A stretch of 64,000 nucleotides of DNA from the NCBI GenBank assembly GCA_964016885.1, contig OZ024747.1, forward strand, positions 83,390,001-83,454,000, read 5' to 3'. This document shows positions 52,307-64,000 of this stretch, in pieces. How positions within the stretch are numbered: position 1 is the first letter of the stretch; each line of letters begins with the position of its first letter. The stretch comes from Eledone cirrhosa. Its lineage: Eukaryota. The notes beneath the pieces are model-generated. The model did no database searches and was not told where the DNA came from. It was given only the letters and a program-made list of their open reading frames with translations. The position numbers and the translations under genes were made by a program.

Positions 52307-52657
52307 TCAAAATATTAACAAAATAGATATTCTTGTGATCAAGTATATTTTATTATACATATTTCGGAGGTACTGAGTTAAGTTCAACAGTACGTCCTCA
52401 TCAGATAAAATAAGATGATGCCTGACATAGTAAATGGTTAAGATTCAGTCATGGTAGTACTATCTGATAAAGACGTACTGTTGAACTTAACTCAGTACCT
52501 CTGAAATATGTATAACAAAATATACTTGATCACAAGAATATCTATTTTGTTAATATTTTGAATTAATATTAATAACTCTGGAAAACTTATTGAGTGCTTC
52601 CAATCTATTGTAAAACTCATTCTTTGATGTATTCATTGAACCTTGTTTAACTTTTAA
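52304..52657 (+). mobile_element. Inverted-repeat + hammerhead + TATTGAGTGC cassette in (TA)n
   Basis: 104-bp arms 52304-52407 and 52461-52564; box at 52588-52597; (TA)n on both sides. Confidence 0.8.
52346..52412 (-). ncRNA. Type-I hammerhead ribozyme (intact)
   Basis: Minus strand: tattttat CTGATGA ggacgtactg-ttgaacttaact-cagtacctcc GAAA tatgta TA ataaaata; perfect 8-bp stem I. Confidence 0.85.
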
Positions 52658-53119
52658 ATATATATATATCGTGTGCGTATACGTTTGAGCTTGTGGAATC
52701 TCTCAGTCGGTGCTCCGAGTTTCATGTCGCGAACTTCCATTTAATAAATACATATTTTATTACACCTTTTCTATACCTTTTTACACCATCGGTAAATTCA
52801 AGCGGAAATATATAGGTAGATTTTTCTTTGTCGGAGAATCGGTATTGTGAAACTACTAGTTGCGGTGAAAGATTAACGCCAGATCATCATCATACATCAT
52901 CATGTCTATTTCCCCACCGTTACATGGGTTAGACAGGTTTGCACGTTATGGGACAAGTCAGGTCAAGTGACCACGTCTTGCTCATACAGATCTGTATTTT
53001 TGCTTCGTTTCTACGTCTAGATGCCCTTCCATGTCAACCATGTTACAGTGTGGATTGGGTGGTTTTTCGTTGACACCAGCATGATCGTCCACCATAAAAA
53101 AGCATAGTCCACCCTGTTT

Positions 53120-53180
53120 GTGTATGTGTGTATGTATGTATATGTATATACATATATGTATATATGTGTGTGTGTATATA

Positions 53181-53253
<73 letters not shown>

Positions 53254-53364
53254 CTTTTTTTTAATTTTGATTTTCTTTTTATTTATTTATTATTATTTTT
53301 TTTTCTCCTCGTACAATGGCAATACTCGATAACGAGGGAGCAGCCATCACATATATATATTATA

Positions 53365-53409
<45 letters not shown>

Positions 53410-53447
53410 TATATATATGTATATATATATATATATATACATATGTA

Positions 53448-53478
<31 letters not shown>

Positions 53479-53502
53479 TATATATATATATATATATATA
53501 CA

Positions 53503-53552
<50 letters not shown>

Positions 53553-53565
53553 CATATATATATAC

Positions 53566-53622
<57 letters not shown>

Positions 53623-53663
53623 CATATATATATACATATATATATATATACATATATATATAC

Positions 53664-53696
<33 letters not shown>

Positions 53697-53845
53697 AATA
53701 TATATATATTATATATATATATTATATATTATATATATATATTATATATTATATATATATATATATTATATATATATATATATTATATATTATATATATA
53801 TATATATTATATATATTTATATATTATATATTATATATATATATA
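53120..53845. repeat. (TA)n/(TACA) low-complexity tract with a short interruption
   Basis: Direct inspection. Confidence 0.95.
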
Positions 53846-55937
53846 GAGGAGAATAAATGGGAGAAAGTCTCCCCCACATCGACCCAATAGAGGGACCAGC
53901 AGTGTTAGTCGAGGGTAGTATAATAAGTAAGGCAATCAAGGATATGAAGACGGGTAAGGCAGCTGGGCCTTCGGAAATAGTTGCTGAGATGCTGAAGGCA
54001 TCTGGCACGGTGGGACACACCATGGTCACCCGGATAGTTAACCAAGTCGTACAGAATGGGGTTGTTCCGAAGGACTGGCGTAGCAGCATCATCGTTAACT
54101 GTTATAAGGGTAAAGGAGATGCCTTAGATAGGAGTAACTATAGAGGCATTAAATTAATCGACCAGGTCATGAAGGTCACGGAAAAAGTAATAGCGCAACT
54201 AATCAGAGAGAGAATTGACCTAGATGAAATGCAGTTCGGGTTTGTGTCAGGCAAAAGTACCACAGACGCTCTTTTCATTGCACTACAACTACAGGAGAAG
54301 TACCTAGCTAAAAGTAAACCCCTATACTTAGCTTTTGTCGACTTGGAGAAAGCCTTCGACAGAGTCCCCCGTTCCATTATCTGGTGGGCTCTTAGAAAAC
54401 TAGGTGTCGACGAATGGCTTGTGAGAGCTATACAAGCCATGTATAAAGAAACAGTCAGCAAGGTTAGAATTAACAACGAATATAGTGAAGAGTTTAGCGT
54501 AAAAGTTGGCGTCCATCAGGGCTCTGTTCTCAGCCCCCTACTATTTATTATTGCCCTTCAGGCTATAACAGAGGAGTTCAAGACCGGCTGCCCATGGGAA
54601 CTCCTATACGCAGACGACCTAACACTCATAGCTGAATCAATGGCCGAGCTAGAGAAGAAATTCCAAACATGGAAGCACGGCCTAGAATCAAAAGGCCTTA
54701 AAATTAACCTGTCTAAGACCAAAGTTCTAGTTTGTAGGAAAGAAAATAAGGCGGTGGTCCCTTCTGGGAAGTGGCCATGCTCAGTGTGTAGGAAAGGCGT
54801 AGGTAGAAACTCCATTTTGTGTCAGAAATGCAAAGTATGGGTGCATAAAAGATGTAGTGGGATCACAGGTAAGCTAACTAAGAACATAGATTTCACATGT
54901 GGCCGGTGCTCTGGTGCAATCAGTAGCAGCAAGTGCCCACAAAATACTAGCTCTTTCAACTGAGCAGAGGATTCTATAGAAATAGTGGATAGCTTCCGTT
55001 ACCTGGGTGACAAAATCAGCAGTGGGGGAGGGTGCTCTGAAAGTACAGTAGCTAGAGTCAGAACTGGATGGAAAAAGTTCAGAGAGCTTATACCACTATT
55101 AGCCGCTAAAGGGTTCTCCCTAAAAATGAAAGGCAGGTTGTATGATGCCTGCATACGAACAGCAATGTTGCATGGCAGTGAGACCTGGGCATTGTGTGCA
55201 GAGGATATACGCAGACTAGAGAGGAACAAAGCTTGCATGCTCCACTGGATGTGTAATAGTAATATACATGAACGGCAAAGCATGAACGAACTAAGGAAAA
55301 AATTAGAAATAAGAGGGATCAGATGTTGTTTACTCGAGAGAAGGCTATGTTGGTATGGACACGTGATGCGCATGAAAGTCGATAGCTGTATAACAAAGTG
55401 CAGGGCAATAAAGATAGACGGTAGCCACGGAATAGGCAGACCTAGAAAAACCTGGGACGAGCTGATAAACTCCGACCTCACGCACTTACACCTCTCCAAG
55501 ACAATGTCACTGGACCGAGACCTTTGGCGGTACTCAGTAATAGAGAAGACCCGCCTTACCTAAATACATAGTAAAACCTACTACAGTCAGTAGGCATCTC
55601 TAACAAAATACACCCCCGTCCCACCACCCCCGCCCCATCCACACCACCCCTTCTATGTAAAGTTATGTTGGTGCCAGGCCGAAACAAATGAGATCGTGTA
55701 GGTGTCACGACAAAAAAACACACAGTCCACGCTGTAATGTGGCCGTGTAGACAACACAGTAAAAACCTCCCAGACCCACACTGTAAATGTGGTTGGTGTT
55801 AGGAAGGGCATCCAACTGTAGAAAACCTGCCAGACAGTCCTATGCGAGCAAGACAATCACTCTTGCCTCAAGTGGGAAAACCCCCGTCCAAACCCATGCA
55901 AGCGTGGAACACGGACGTTAAACGTTGATGATGATGA
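53846..55937 (+). mobile_element. RTE family 3 LINE, 5'-truncated, inserted in (TA)n
   Basis: ORF 53857-54963 (RT: NYRGIKL, QFGF, FVDLEKAFD, QGSVLSP, YADD, PHD-like finger) frameshifted to 54985-55563. 3' UTR and (GAT)n tail. Confidence 0.96.
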
Positions 55938-56026
55938 TATATATATATATTATATATATATATATATTATATATATTATATATATATATATTATATATAT
56001 ATATTATATATATTATATATATATAT

Positions 56027-56084
<58 letters not shown>

Positions 56085-56323
56085 AATATATTATATATAT
56101 ATATATATAATTATATATATAAAAATATTATATAAATAAATATATTATATATATATTATATAATATATATAAATATATTATATTATATATATATATTATA
56201 TAATATATATAAATATATTATATTATATATATATATTATATAATATATATAAATATATTATATAATATATATATATATATTATATATATATATATATTAT
56301 ATATATTATATATATATATATAT

Positions 56324-56369
<46 letters not shown>

Positions 56370-56406
56370 ATACATATATACATATATATATATATAATAT
56401 ATATAT
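55938..56406. repeat. (TA)n tract
   Basis: Direct inspection. Confidence 0.95.
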
Positions 56407-56637
56407 CATCATCATCATCATCGTTTAACGTCCATCTCCCTCGCTAGCATGGGTTTGGACGGGAATTTTCCCACTTGAGGCAAGATTGGTTGTCTTGCTT
56501 GTATAGGACTGTCTGGCGGGTTTTCTGCGGCTGGATGCCCTTCCTAACACCAACCACGTTTACAGTGTGGACTGGGAGGTTTTTACCCTGTTACTTGGCC
56601 ACATTACAGCGTGGACTGTGTGTTTTTTTGTTGTGAC
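56407..56637 (-). mobile_element. RTE family 3 3'-UTR-only insertion
   Basis: Reverse complement of about 55705-55937. Further short copies at 7206-7350 and 29539-29709. Confidence 0.85.
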
Positions 56638-56725
<88 letters not shown>

Positions 56726-56755
56726 CATATATATATACGTATATATATATGTACG

Positions 56756-56788
<33 letters not shown>

Positions 56789-56844
56789 TATGTATATATA
56801 TATATATATAATATATATATGTATATATATATATATATAATATA

Positions 56845-56913
<69 letters not shown>

Positions 56914-56915
<2 letters not shown>

Positions 56916-57200
56916 CGATATTAAATAAATGGAAACTATATTTATAAAACCATAGTCGATGTTGAACGGTATGTCAAATCTATTTATCTATAAAACTGTC
57001 TATATTGTATTTTGTCTGAGGAAGGCATAACATATTGTTAATATGATATCCCTGAAATATATATAATGAAATAAATATGGTTTTATAAATATAGTTTCCA
57101 TTTATTTAATATCGTAAATATACTCCAAATACTTGTTGAGTGCTTTTATATCAGTTATAAATATTTACTAGTTGTAACCCAACAATTTAAATATAACTTT

Positions 57201-57202
<2 letters not shown>
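56914..57202 (+). mobile_element. Inverted-repeat + hammerhead + TGTTGAGTGC cassette in (TA)n
   Basis: Perfect 41-bp arms 56914-56954 and 57076-57116; box at 57134-57143; (TA)n on both sides. Confidence 0.8.
57008..57073 (+). ncRNA. Type-I hammerhead ribozyme
   Basis: tattttgt CTGAGGA aggcataacatattg-ttaatatgatatccct GAAA tatata TA atgaaata; 8-bp stem I with two G-U pairs, palindromic loop III. Confidence 0.82.
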
Positions 57203-57241
<39 letters not shown>

Positions 57242-57301
57242 TTATATATATATGTATGTATATATATATATATAATATATTTATATATATATATATGTAT
57301 G

Positions 57302-57398
<97 letters not shown>

Positions 57399-57400
57399 TG

Positions 57401-57639
<239 letters not shown>

Positions 57640-57643
57640 TACA

Positions 57644-57715
<72 letters not shown>

Positions 57716-57717
<2 letters not shown>

Positions 57718-58112
57718 AAATACGTAGTTAAGAAAGCCACAACAATGCAGAGGGAAATCTCGAGGTAGGAAGTGAATGATAGATAGGAGAAACAGGTGAA
57801 AGTTAAAACAGGTGAAAGTTAAGACAGTCTTAACGACATCACAACTTTCTCCGCTTGGCCTGTTCCCCCCCTTTTGGAACTTTCCCCCGTTGATGGGCGT
57901 GAGCCCGAAATATTGGGATTAAATCTCCACTACGGTAACCCTTCTACCTTTGTTTTGTTTTCATCTTTGTCTCTCTCAATTTTCACTTTCACCTGTTTCT
58001 CCTATCTATCATTCACTTCCTACCTCGAGATTTCCCTCTGCATTGTTGTGGCTTTCTTAACTACGTATTTTACACATTTCACAATGCTTCAATCAAACTT
58101 TAACACCCTCTT
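57716..58112 (+). mobile_element. Inverted-repeat cassette in (TA)n with a variant hammerhead-like core
   Basis: Perfect 88-bp arms 57716-57803 and 57985-58072. Internal tccc CCGTTGA t gggc-gtga-gccc GAAA tatt ggga at 57883-57918. Confidence 0.7.
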
Positions 58113-59681
<1,569 letters not shown>

Positions 59682-60096
59682 GTTAAAAGAATAGAGGTGT
59701 AACACACAAGTTATTATATATTGGTAAACGGAATAGAAAATGCTGACAAATTGTTCACAGTTGAAAAATGGTTTAATTAGGAATAAAAGAGTATTAGTGA
59801 TTGTATGGGTTAGTATTCAGTTGTGGTTTTAAGTTTTTAAGTTTTTACCGGTTGCGCTTTTAACATAAAAACAGGTAGAATTCCCAAAACTAATCAGATC
59901 AGAGCAAACAGCACGGACACTCTATCTCAAAATTATTTTTGAAAAGCATTTAGAAATGCGCAACCGGTAAAAACTTAAAAACTTAAAACCACAACTGAAT
60001 ACTAACCCATACAATCACTAATACTCTTTTATTCCTAATTAAACCATTTTTCAACTGTGAACAATTTGTCAGTATTTTCTATTCCGTTTACCAATA
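59682..60096. mobile_element. Long inverted-repeat cassette in (TA)n
   Basis: 139-bp near-perfect arms 59719-59857 and 59958-60096 around a 100-bp spacer. Confidence 0.75.
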
Positions 60097-60097
60097 C

Positions 60098-60146
<49 letters not shown>

Positions 60147-60148
60147 TA

Positions 60149-60292
60149 TCATCATCATCATCACCGTTTTACGTCCGTTCTTCCACGCTAGCATGGGTTA
60201 GACGGGTTGTCCTGTTGTGCGCAGTGTCTGGTCGGCTGACCATGCCTACAGCTGGATGCCCTTCCTAACACCAACCTCATTTACAGTGAGTG
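60149..60292 (-). mobile_element. RTE family 1 short 3'-UTR copy with internal deletion
   Basis: Matches 60317-60500 but lacks the segment between catgcc and tacagctgg. Confidence 0.85.
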
Positions 60293-60616
60293 TATATATA
60301 TATATATATATATATATCATCATCATCATCATCATCACCGTTTTACGTCCGTTCTTCCACGCTAGCATGGGTTAGACGGGTTGTCCTGTTGTGGGCAGTG
60401 TCTGGTCGGCTGACCATGCCTTGCTCATACAGGAACTGATCTGGCTTGATTTCTACAGCTGGATGCCCTTCCTAACACCAACCTCATTTACAGTGAGTGC
60501 TGGGTGCTTTTTCGTGGCGCCTACACGTCCACTTTACAGTGTGGGCTGGGTGCTTTTTTGCCGTGGCACCTCCACGACCACCTTGCGGTGGGGGGGGGGC
60601 ATATTGTTTATATGCT

Positions 60617-63412
60617 TCAGCATGTACCCATGGGAGGTCGGGTACCCTGTATTACTGCGTGACGCCAGAAGTCACGGTCGTGTGTCATTGACTTTGAGAG
60701 GTGTAGTTGGGTAAGGTCGGCTTTTATCACCTCATCCCAAGTCATCTTGGGTCTCCCCACTCCGCGGTTTCCATCAACTTCTAGTGCTCTGCACCTTTTT
60801 ATGCAGCTGTCATCCTTCATACGCATCACATGTCCATACCAGCGTAACCGCCTCTCCTGCACGCAGCATTTGATTCCTCTTATGCTCAGTCTCTCTCTCA
60901 ATTCATTTATGCTTTGTCGTTCACGTATATTACTGTTACACATCCATCGGAGCATGCAGGCTTCGTTTCTCTCTAATCTACGTAAGTCTTCCACCTTCAG
61001 CGCCCAGGTCTCACTACCATGCAACATCGCTGTTCGGATACACGCATCATACAGTCTGCCTTTCATTCTGAGGGAGAAGCCTTTTGCAGCTAGCAGTGGT
61101 AGTAGTTCCCTAAACTTCTTCCATCCCGTTCTTACCCTAGTTATTGTACTTTCTGAGCACCCACCTCCGTTGCTAATTCGGTCACCTAGGTAGCAGAAGC
61201 TGTCTACTGTTTCTACAGGGCCCTCCCAGAGATTGGTGGTACTTGTTTCCTGTGGCTGTTTGCTTGCTGTTTCAGCACAGCTGCTGCATGTGAATCCTAC
61301 ATTCTTAATTAAGCTTCCTGAGATCCCGCTACATCTCTTGTGTACCCATTGTTTGCATTTGGGGCAAAGAATGGAGTTCCTACCTACACCTTTCCTACAT
61401 ACTGAGCAAGGCCATTTCCCTGAGGGGATCTGGGTTCTGTTTTCTCGTCTACTTATAAGGACCTTAGTCTTTGTCATGTTGACTTTGAGGCCCTTTCTCT
61501 CTAGTCCCTGCTTCCAGGTTTGGAATTTATTCTCTAGTTCTACCATAGATTCAGCTATGAGTGCGAGGTCATCAGCATACAGGAGTTCCCATGGGCATCC
61601 GGTCTTAAACTCCTCCGTTATTGCCTGCAGGACTATGATGAACAGGAGAGGGCTAAGAACAGAGCCCTGGTGGACCCCAACCTGTACGCTAAATTCCTCG
61701 CTATACTCATTGCCAATCCTAACTTTGCTGACTGCTCCCCTATACATGGCTTGTACCGCTTTCACAAGCCATTCATCTACTCCTAGTTTTCTAAGAGCCC
61801 ACCAGATTACTGCACGTGGAACTCTGTCAAAGGCTTTCTCAAGGTCGACAAATGCCAAGTAGAGTGGCTTACTTTTAGCTAGGTACTTTTCCTGTAATTG
61901 CCTCACAAGGAAGAGCGCATCAGTGGTGCCTTTCCCTGGAACAAACCCAAATTGCATCTCGTCTATATTCACCCGGTCCCTAATCAGCTGTGCTATAACT
62001 CTTTCTGTTACTTTCATGACCTGGTCCATCAACTTTATACCTCTATAGTTTCCTCTATCTAGTGCATCGCCTTTACCTTTGTAGCAGTTGACAATGATGC
62101 TACTGCACCAATCTTTTGGTATGGCCCCCTCTAGTATTACCTGGTTAACGATACGTGTGGTTATAGTGTGACCCACAGACCCAGATGCCTTCAGCATCTC
62201 GGCAGCTATACCCGATGGACCGGTTGCCTTCCCTATCTTCATATCTCTGATTGCCTTACTTACTACGCTGCCGCTGACTTGTACTGCTGGTCCCTCTATA
62301 GGGTCTACGTGGGGTAGGGTCTCTTCTTCCCATGCATTCTCCTCATTTAGTAATCTATCATAATGACTCTTCCATGCATCTTTCTTCTCAGCACTTGTGA
62401 GGGCAAGCTCACCTTTATCATTCCGGATACACTTCTCTCCAATGACATCACAACTATCTCTGACACACTGCCTCGCAATCTTGAATACCTCCTGTTTCTG
62501 GTCCTCACGTTGTAAAACATGCTTGAATTTTCTATCCTCTGCTTCCCTCCTAGCTAAGTATACTTGTCGCCTAGCTTCCCTCTTGGTCTCTATGTAATGT
62601 ACCCTGCTCCCCCCGTTCTTCCATTCTTTCCATGCCTGTCTCTTGGCCTTGACTGCTTCATCTACCTTATTGTTCCACCACCAAGTCACTCTCCTCCTGC
62701 TTGAGGTCTTACTCCAGCCACAAACCTCATCCGTCGCCTCTAGTAAGTTATTTTTTAGGAACTCCCAGTTCTCTTCTACGTTAAATGTCTCTATCTGTTC
62801 TTCTTTACTGTCGTAGGCGTTGAGTAAAATATCTTTAAATCTGTTACTGGTTGAGGGGACTTTCAGCTTCCAGATCTTTCTTCTCCAGGTTGGCCTCTGT
62901 TTCAGGGCTCGTCTAGTTCTGACCGTGAGGTCGCTGACAACTAAGCTATGTTGGGATGTACATTCCTCACTAGGGAAGGCTTTTGTGTTTACGACCGTCC
63001 ATCTGTCACGTCCTCTGATGAGGATAAAATCTAACTGACTAGAGTGCTCCCCTGATCTATAGGTGATCAGGTGGTTGTCGGGTTTTTTAAAGTTTGTGTT
63101 ACATATCGACATGTCATTGGCGTCGCAGAATTCTAGAAGTCTGAATCCTTCCTCATTCCTTGTGCCAACTCCATGGCCTCCATGTACTCTATTGAAGCCG
63201 TCGCAGTGTTTACCTACGTGTCCGTTAAAATCTCCTGCAATGATTAGGAAGTCCTTGTCGTCTGTTAGAGCAGTAGTGTGTATTAGGGACTCGTAAAACC
63301 TATCCTTAAGTTCGTCTGGCAGCCCCGATTGGGGTGCGTAAGCTGATATTATTGTGGTTGTCTTATTCAGGACTAGTCTGAGTTTAATGATTCTTGCATT
63401 TACCCTGTACAC
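60617..63412 (-). CDS. RTE-clade retrotransposon polyprotein: APE endonuclease (N-truncated), reverse transcriptase, inserted PHD-type finger
   Basis: 931 aa without stops: SAYAPQ, AGDFNGHVG, SQLDFIL, SQHSLV (EN); NYRGIKL, QFGF, FVDLEKAFD, QGSVLSP, YADD, YLG (RT); RLRWYGHV, GRP (RTE C-terminus). The true start is lost. Confidence 0.95.
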   Translation of the reverse strand: MYRVNARIIKLRLVLNKTTTIISAYAPQSGLPDELKDRFYESLIHTTALTDDKDFLIIAGDFNGHVGKHCDGFNRVHGGHGVGTRNEEGFRLLEFCDANDMSICNTNFKKPDNHLITYRSGEHSSQLDFILIRGRDRWTVVNTKAFPSEECTSQHSLVVSDLTVRTRRALKQRPTWRRKIWKLKVPSTSNRFKDILLNAYDSKEEQIETFNVEENWEFLKNNLLEATDEVCGWSKTSSRRRVTWWWNNKVDEAVKAKRQAWKEWKNGGSRVHYIETKREARRQVYLARREAEDRKFKHVLQREDQKQEVFKIARQCVRDSCDVIGEKCIRNDKGELALTSAEKKDAWKSHYDRLLNEENAWEEETLPHVDPIEGPAVQVSGSVVSKAIRDMKIGKATGPSGIAAEMLKASGSVGHTITTRIVNQVILEGAIPKDWCSSIIVNCYKGKGDALDRGNYRGIKLMDQVMKVTERVIAQLIRDRVNIDEMQFGFVPGKGTTDALFLVRQLQEKYLAKSKPLYLAFVDLEKAFDRVPRAVIWWALRKLGVDEWLVKAVQAMYRGAVSKVRIGNEYSEEFSVQVGVHQGSVLSPLLFIIVLQAITEEFKTGCPWELLYADDLALIAESMVELENKFQTWKQGLERKGLKVNMTKTKVLISRRENRTQIPSGKWPCSVCRKGVGRNSILCPKCKQWVHKRCSGISGSLIKNVGFTCSSCAETASKQPQETSTTNLWEGPVETVDSFCYLGDRISNGGGCSESTITRVRTGWKKFRELLPLLAAKGFSLRMKGRLYDACIRTAMLHGSETWALKVEDLRRLERNEACMLRWMCNSNIRERQSINELRERLSIRGIKCCVQERRLRWYGHVMRMKDDSCIKRCRALEVDGNRGVGRPKMTWDEVIKADLTQLHLSKSMTHDRDFWRHAVIQGTRPPMGTC

Positions 63413-63490
63413 TGAGATTACTTTATCTATTTACCCTGTACACTGAGATTACTTTATCTATTTACCCTGTACACTGAGATTACTTTATCT
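63398..63490. repeat. 31-bp tandem triplication at the LINE 5' truncation point
   Basis: atttaccctgtacactgagattactttatct x3, exact. Confidence 0.95.
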
Positions 63491-63497
63491 CAGTTTG

Positions 63498-63542
<45 letters not shown>

Positions 63543-63561
63543 TACGTATATATATATATAT

Positions 63562-64000
63562 AGACACATTTTTCAAATGCGAGAGGGCGCTATAGAAGTG
63601 GCGGATAGCTTCCGGTACCTAGGAGATCAGATTAGCATGGGAGGAGGGTGTTCCGAGGCCATAGTATCTAGAATAAGGACGGGTTGGAAGAAGTTTAGGG
63701 AGCTGCTTCCTCTGTTGACGAAGAAGGGTTTCTCCCTGCGTACGAAAGGCCGGTTGTATGATGCCTGTGTGAGGAGCGCGATGCTGCATGGTAGTGAGAC
63801 ATGGGCAGCAACCGCAGAGGATATGCGACGGCTGGAGAGAAATGAGGCAAGCATGCTCCGTTGGATGTGCAATGTAAATGTGCGTGAACAACCCAGCATA
63901 AATGTGTTGAGAGAGAAACTGTGTCTGAGAGGGATAGAATGTAGTGTACGGGAGAGGAGACTGAGGTGGTATGGACATGTGATGCGCATGGAGGATGACC
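63562..64000 (+). mobile_element. RTE family 2 LINE 3' fragment (runs off the window)
   Basis: EVADSFRYLGDQISMGGGCSEA...RLRWYGHVMRMEDD; near-identical to 24772-25167. Confidence 0.92.

Larger units (their letters stand above)
60317..63490 (-). mobile_element. RTE family 1 LINE, nearly full length (5'-truncated in the endonuclease)
   Basis: Long ORF plus about 300-bp 3' UTR plus (CAT)n tail at 60317-60336. 31-bp triplication at the 5' junction. Confidence 0.97.

Noticed and set aside
60747-63296. Plus-strand ORFs overlapping the RTE ORF (also 23357-24474, 54138-55499, 15746-16523)
   Set aside because: Antisense shadows of transposon coding sequence.

Overview
AT-rich, repeat-saturated eukaryotic (metazoan) genomic DNA. 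The mix of RTE LINEs with (CAT)n tails, tRNA-derived SINEs and huge (TA)n/(TACA)n tracts suggests an octopod cephalopod, but that is inference. No host protein-coding exon could be supported, and almost all listed ORFs are microsatellite read-throughs or antisense to transposon ORFs. Identifiable content: (i) several RTE-clade LINE families, including a 931-aa uninterrupted APE-RT ORF with a PHD-type finger inserted inside the RT region; (ii) two copies of an internally deleted hAT (Charlie/Buster-like) transposon with 8-bp TSDs; (iii) TTAA-specific piggyBac-type MITEs; (iv) at least two SINE families; (v) Tx1/L1-like fragments; (vi) two restriction-like-endonuclease retrotransposon 3' ends sitting inside (TAA)n and (TACA)n; (vii) an 18-bp minisatellite. 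The most notable signal is a set of short, non-coding, mutually divergent cassettes embedded in or next to (TA)n tracts. They combine a long inverted repeat, a minimal type-I hammerhead ribozyme with a palindromic loop III, and a conserved TRTTGAGTRC box. About eight credible hammerheads occur in 64 kb, plus variants, half-copies and ribozyme-less hairpin versions. The architecture resembles Penelope-like element pseudo-LTRs or retrozymes.
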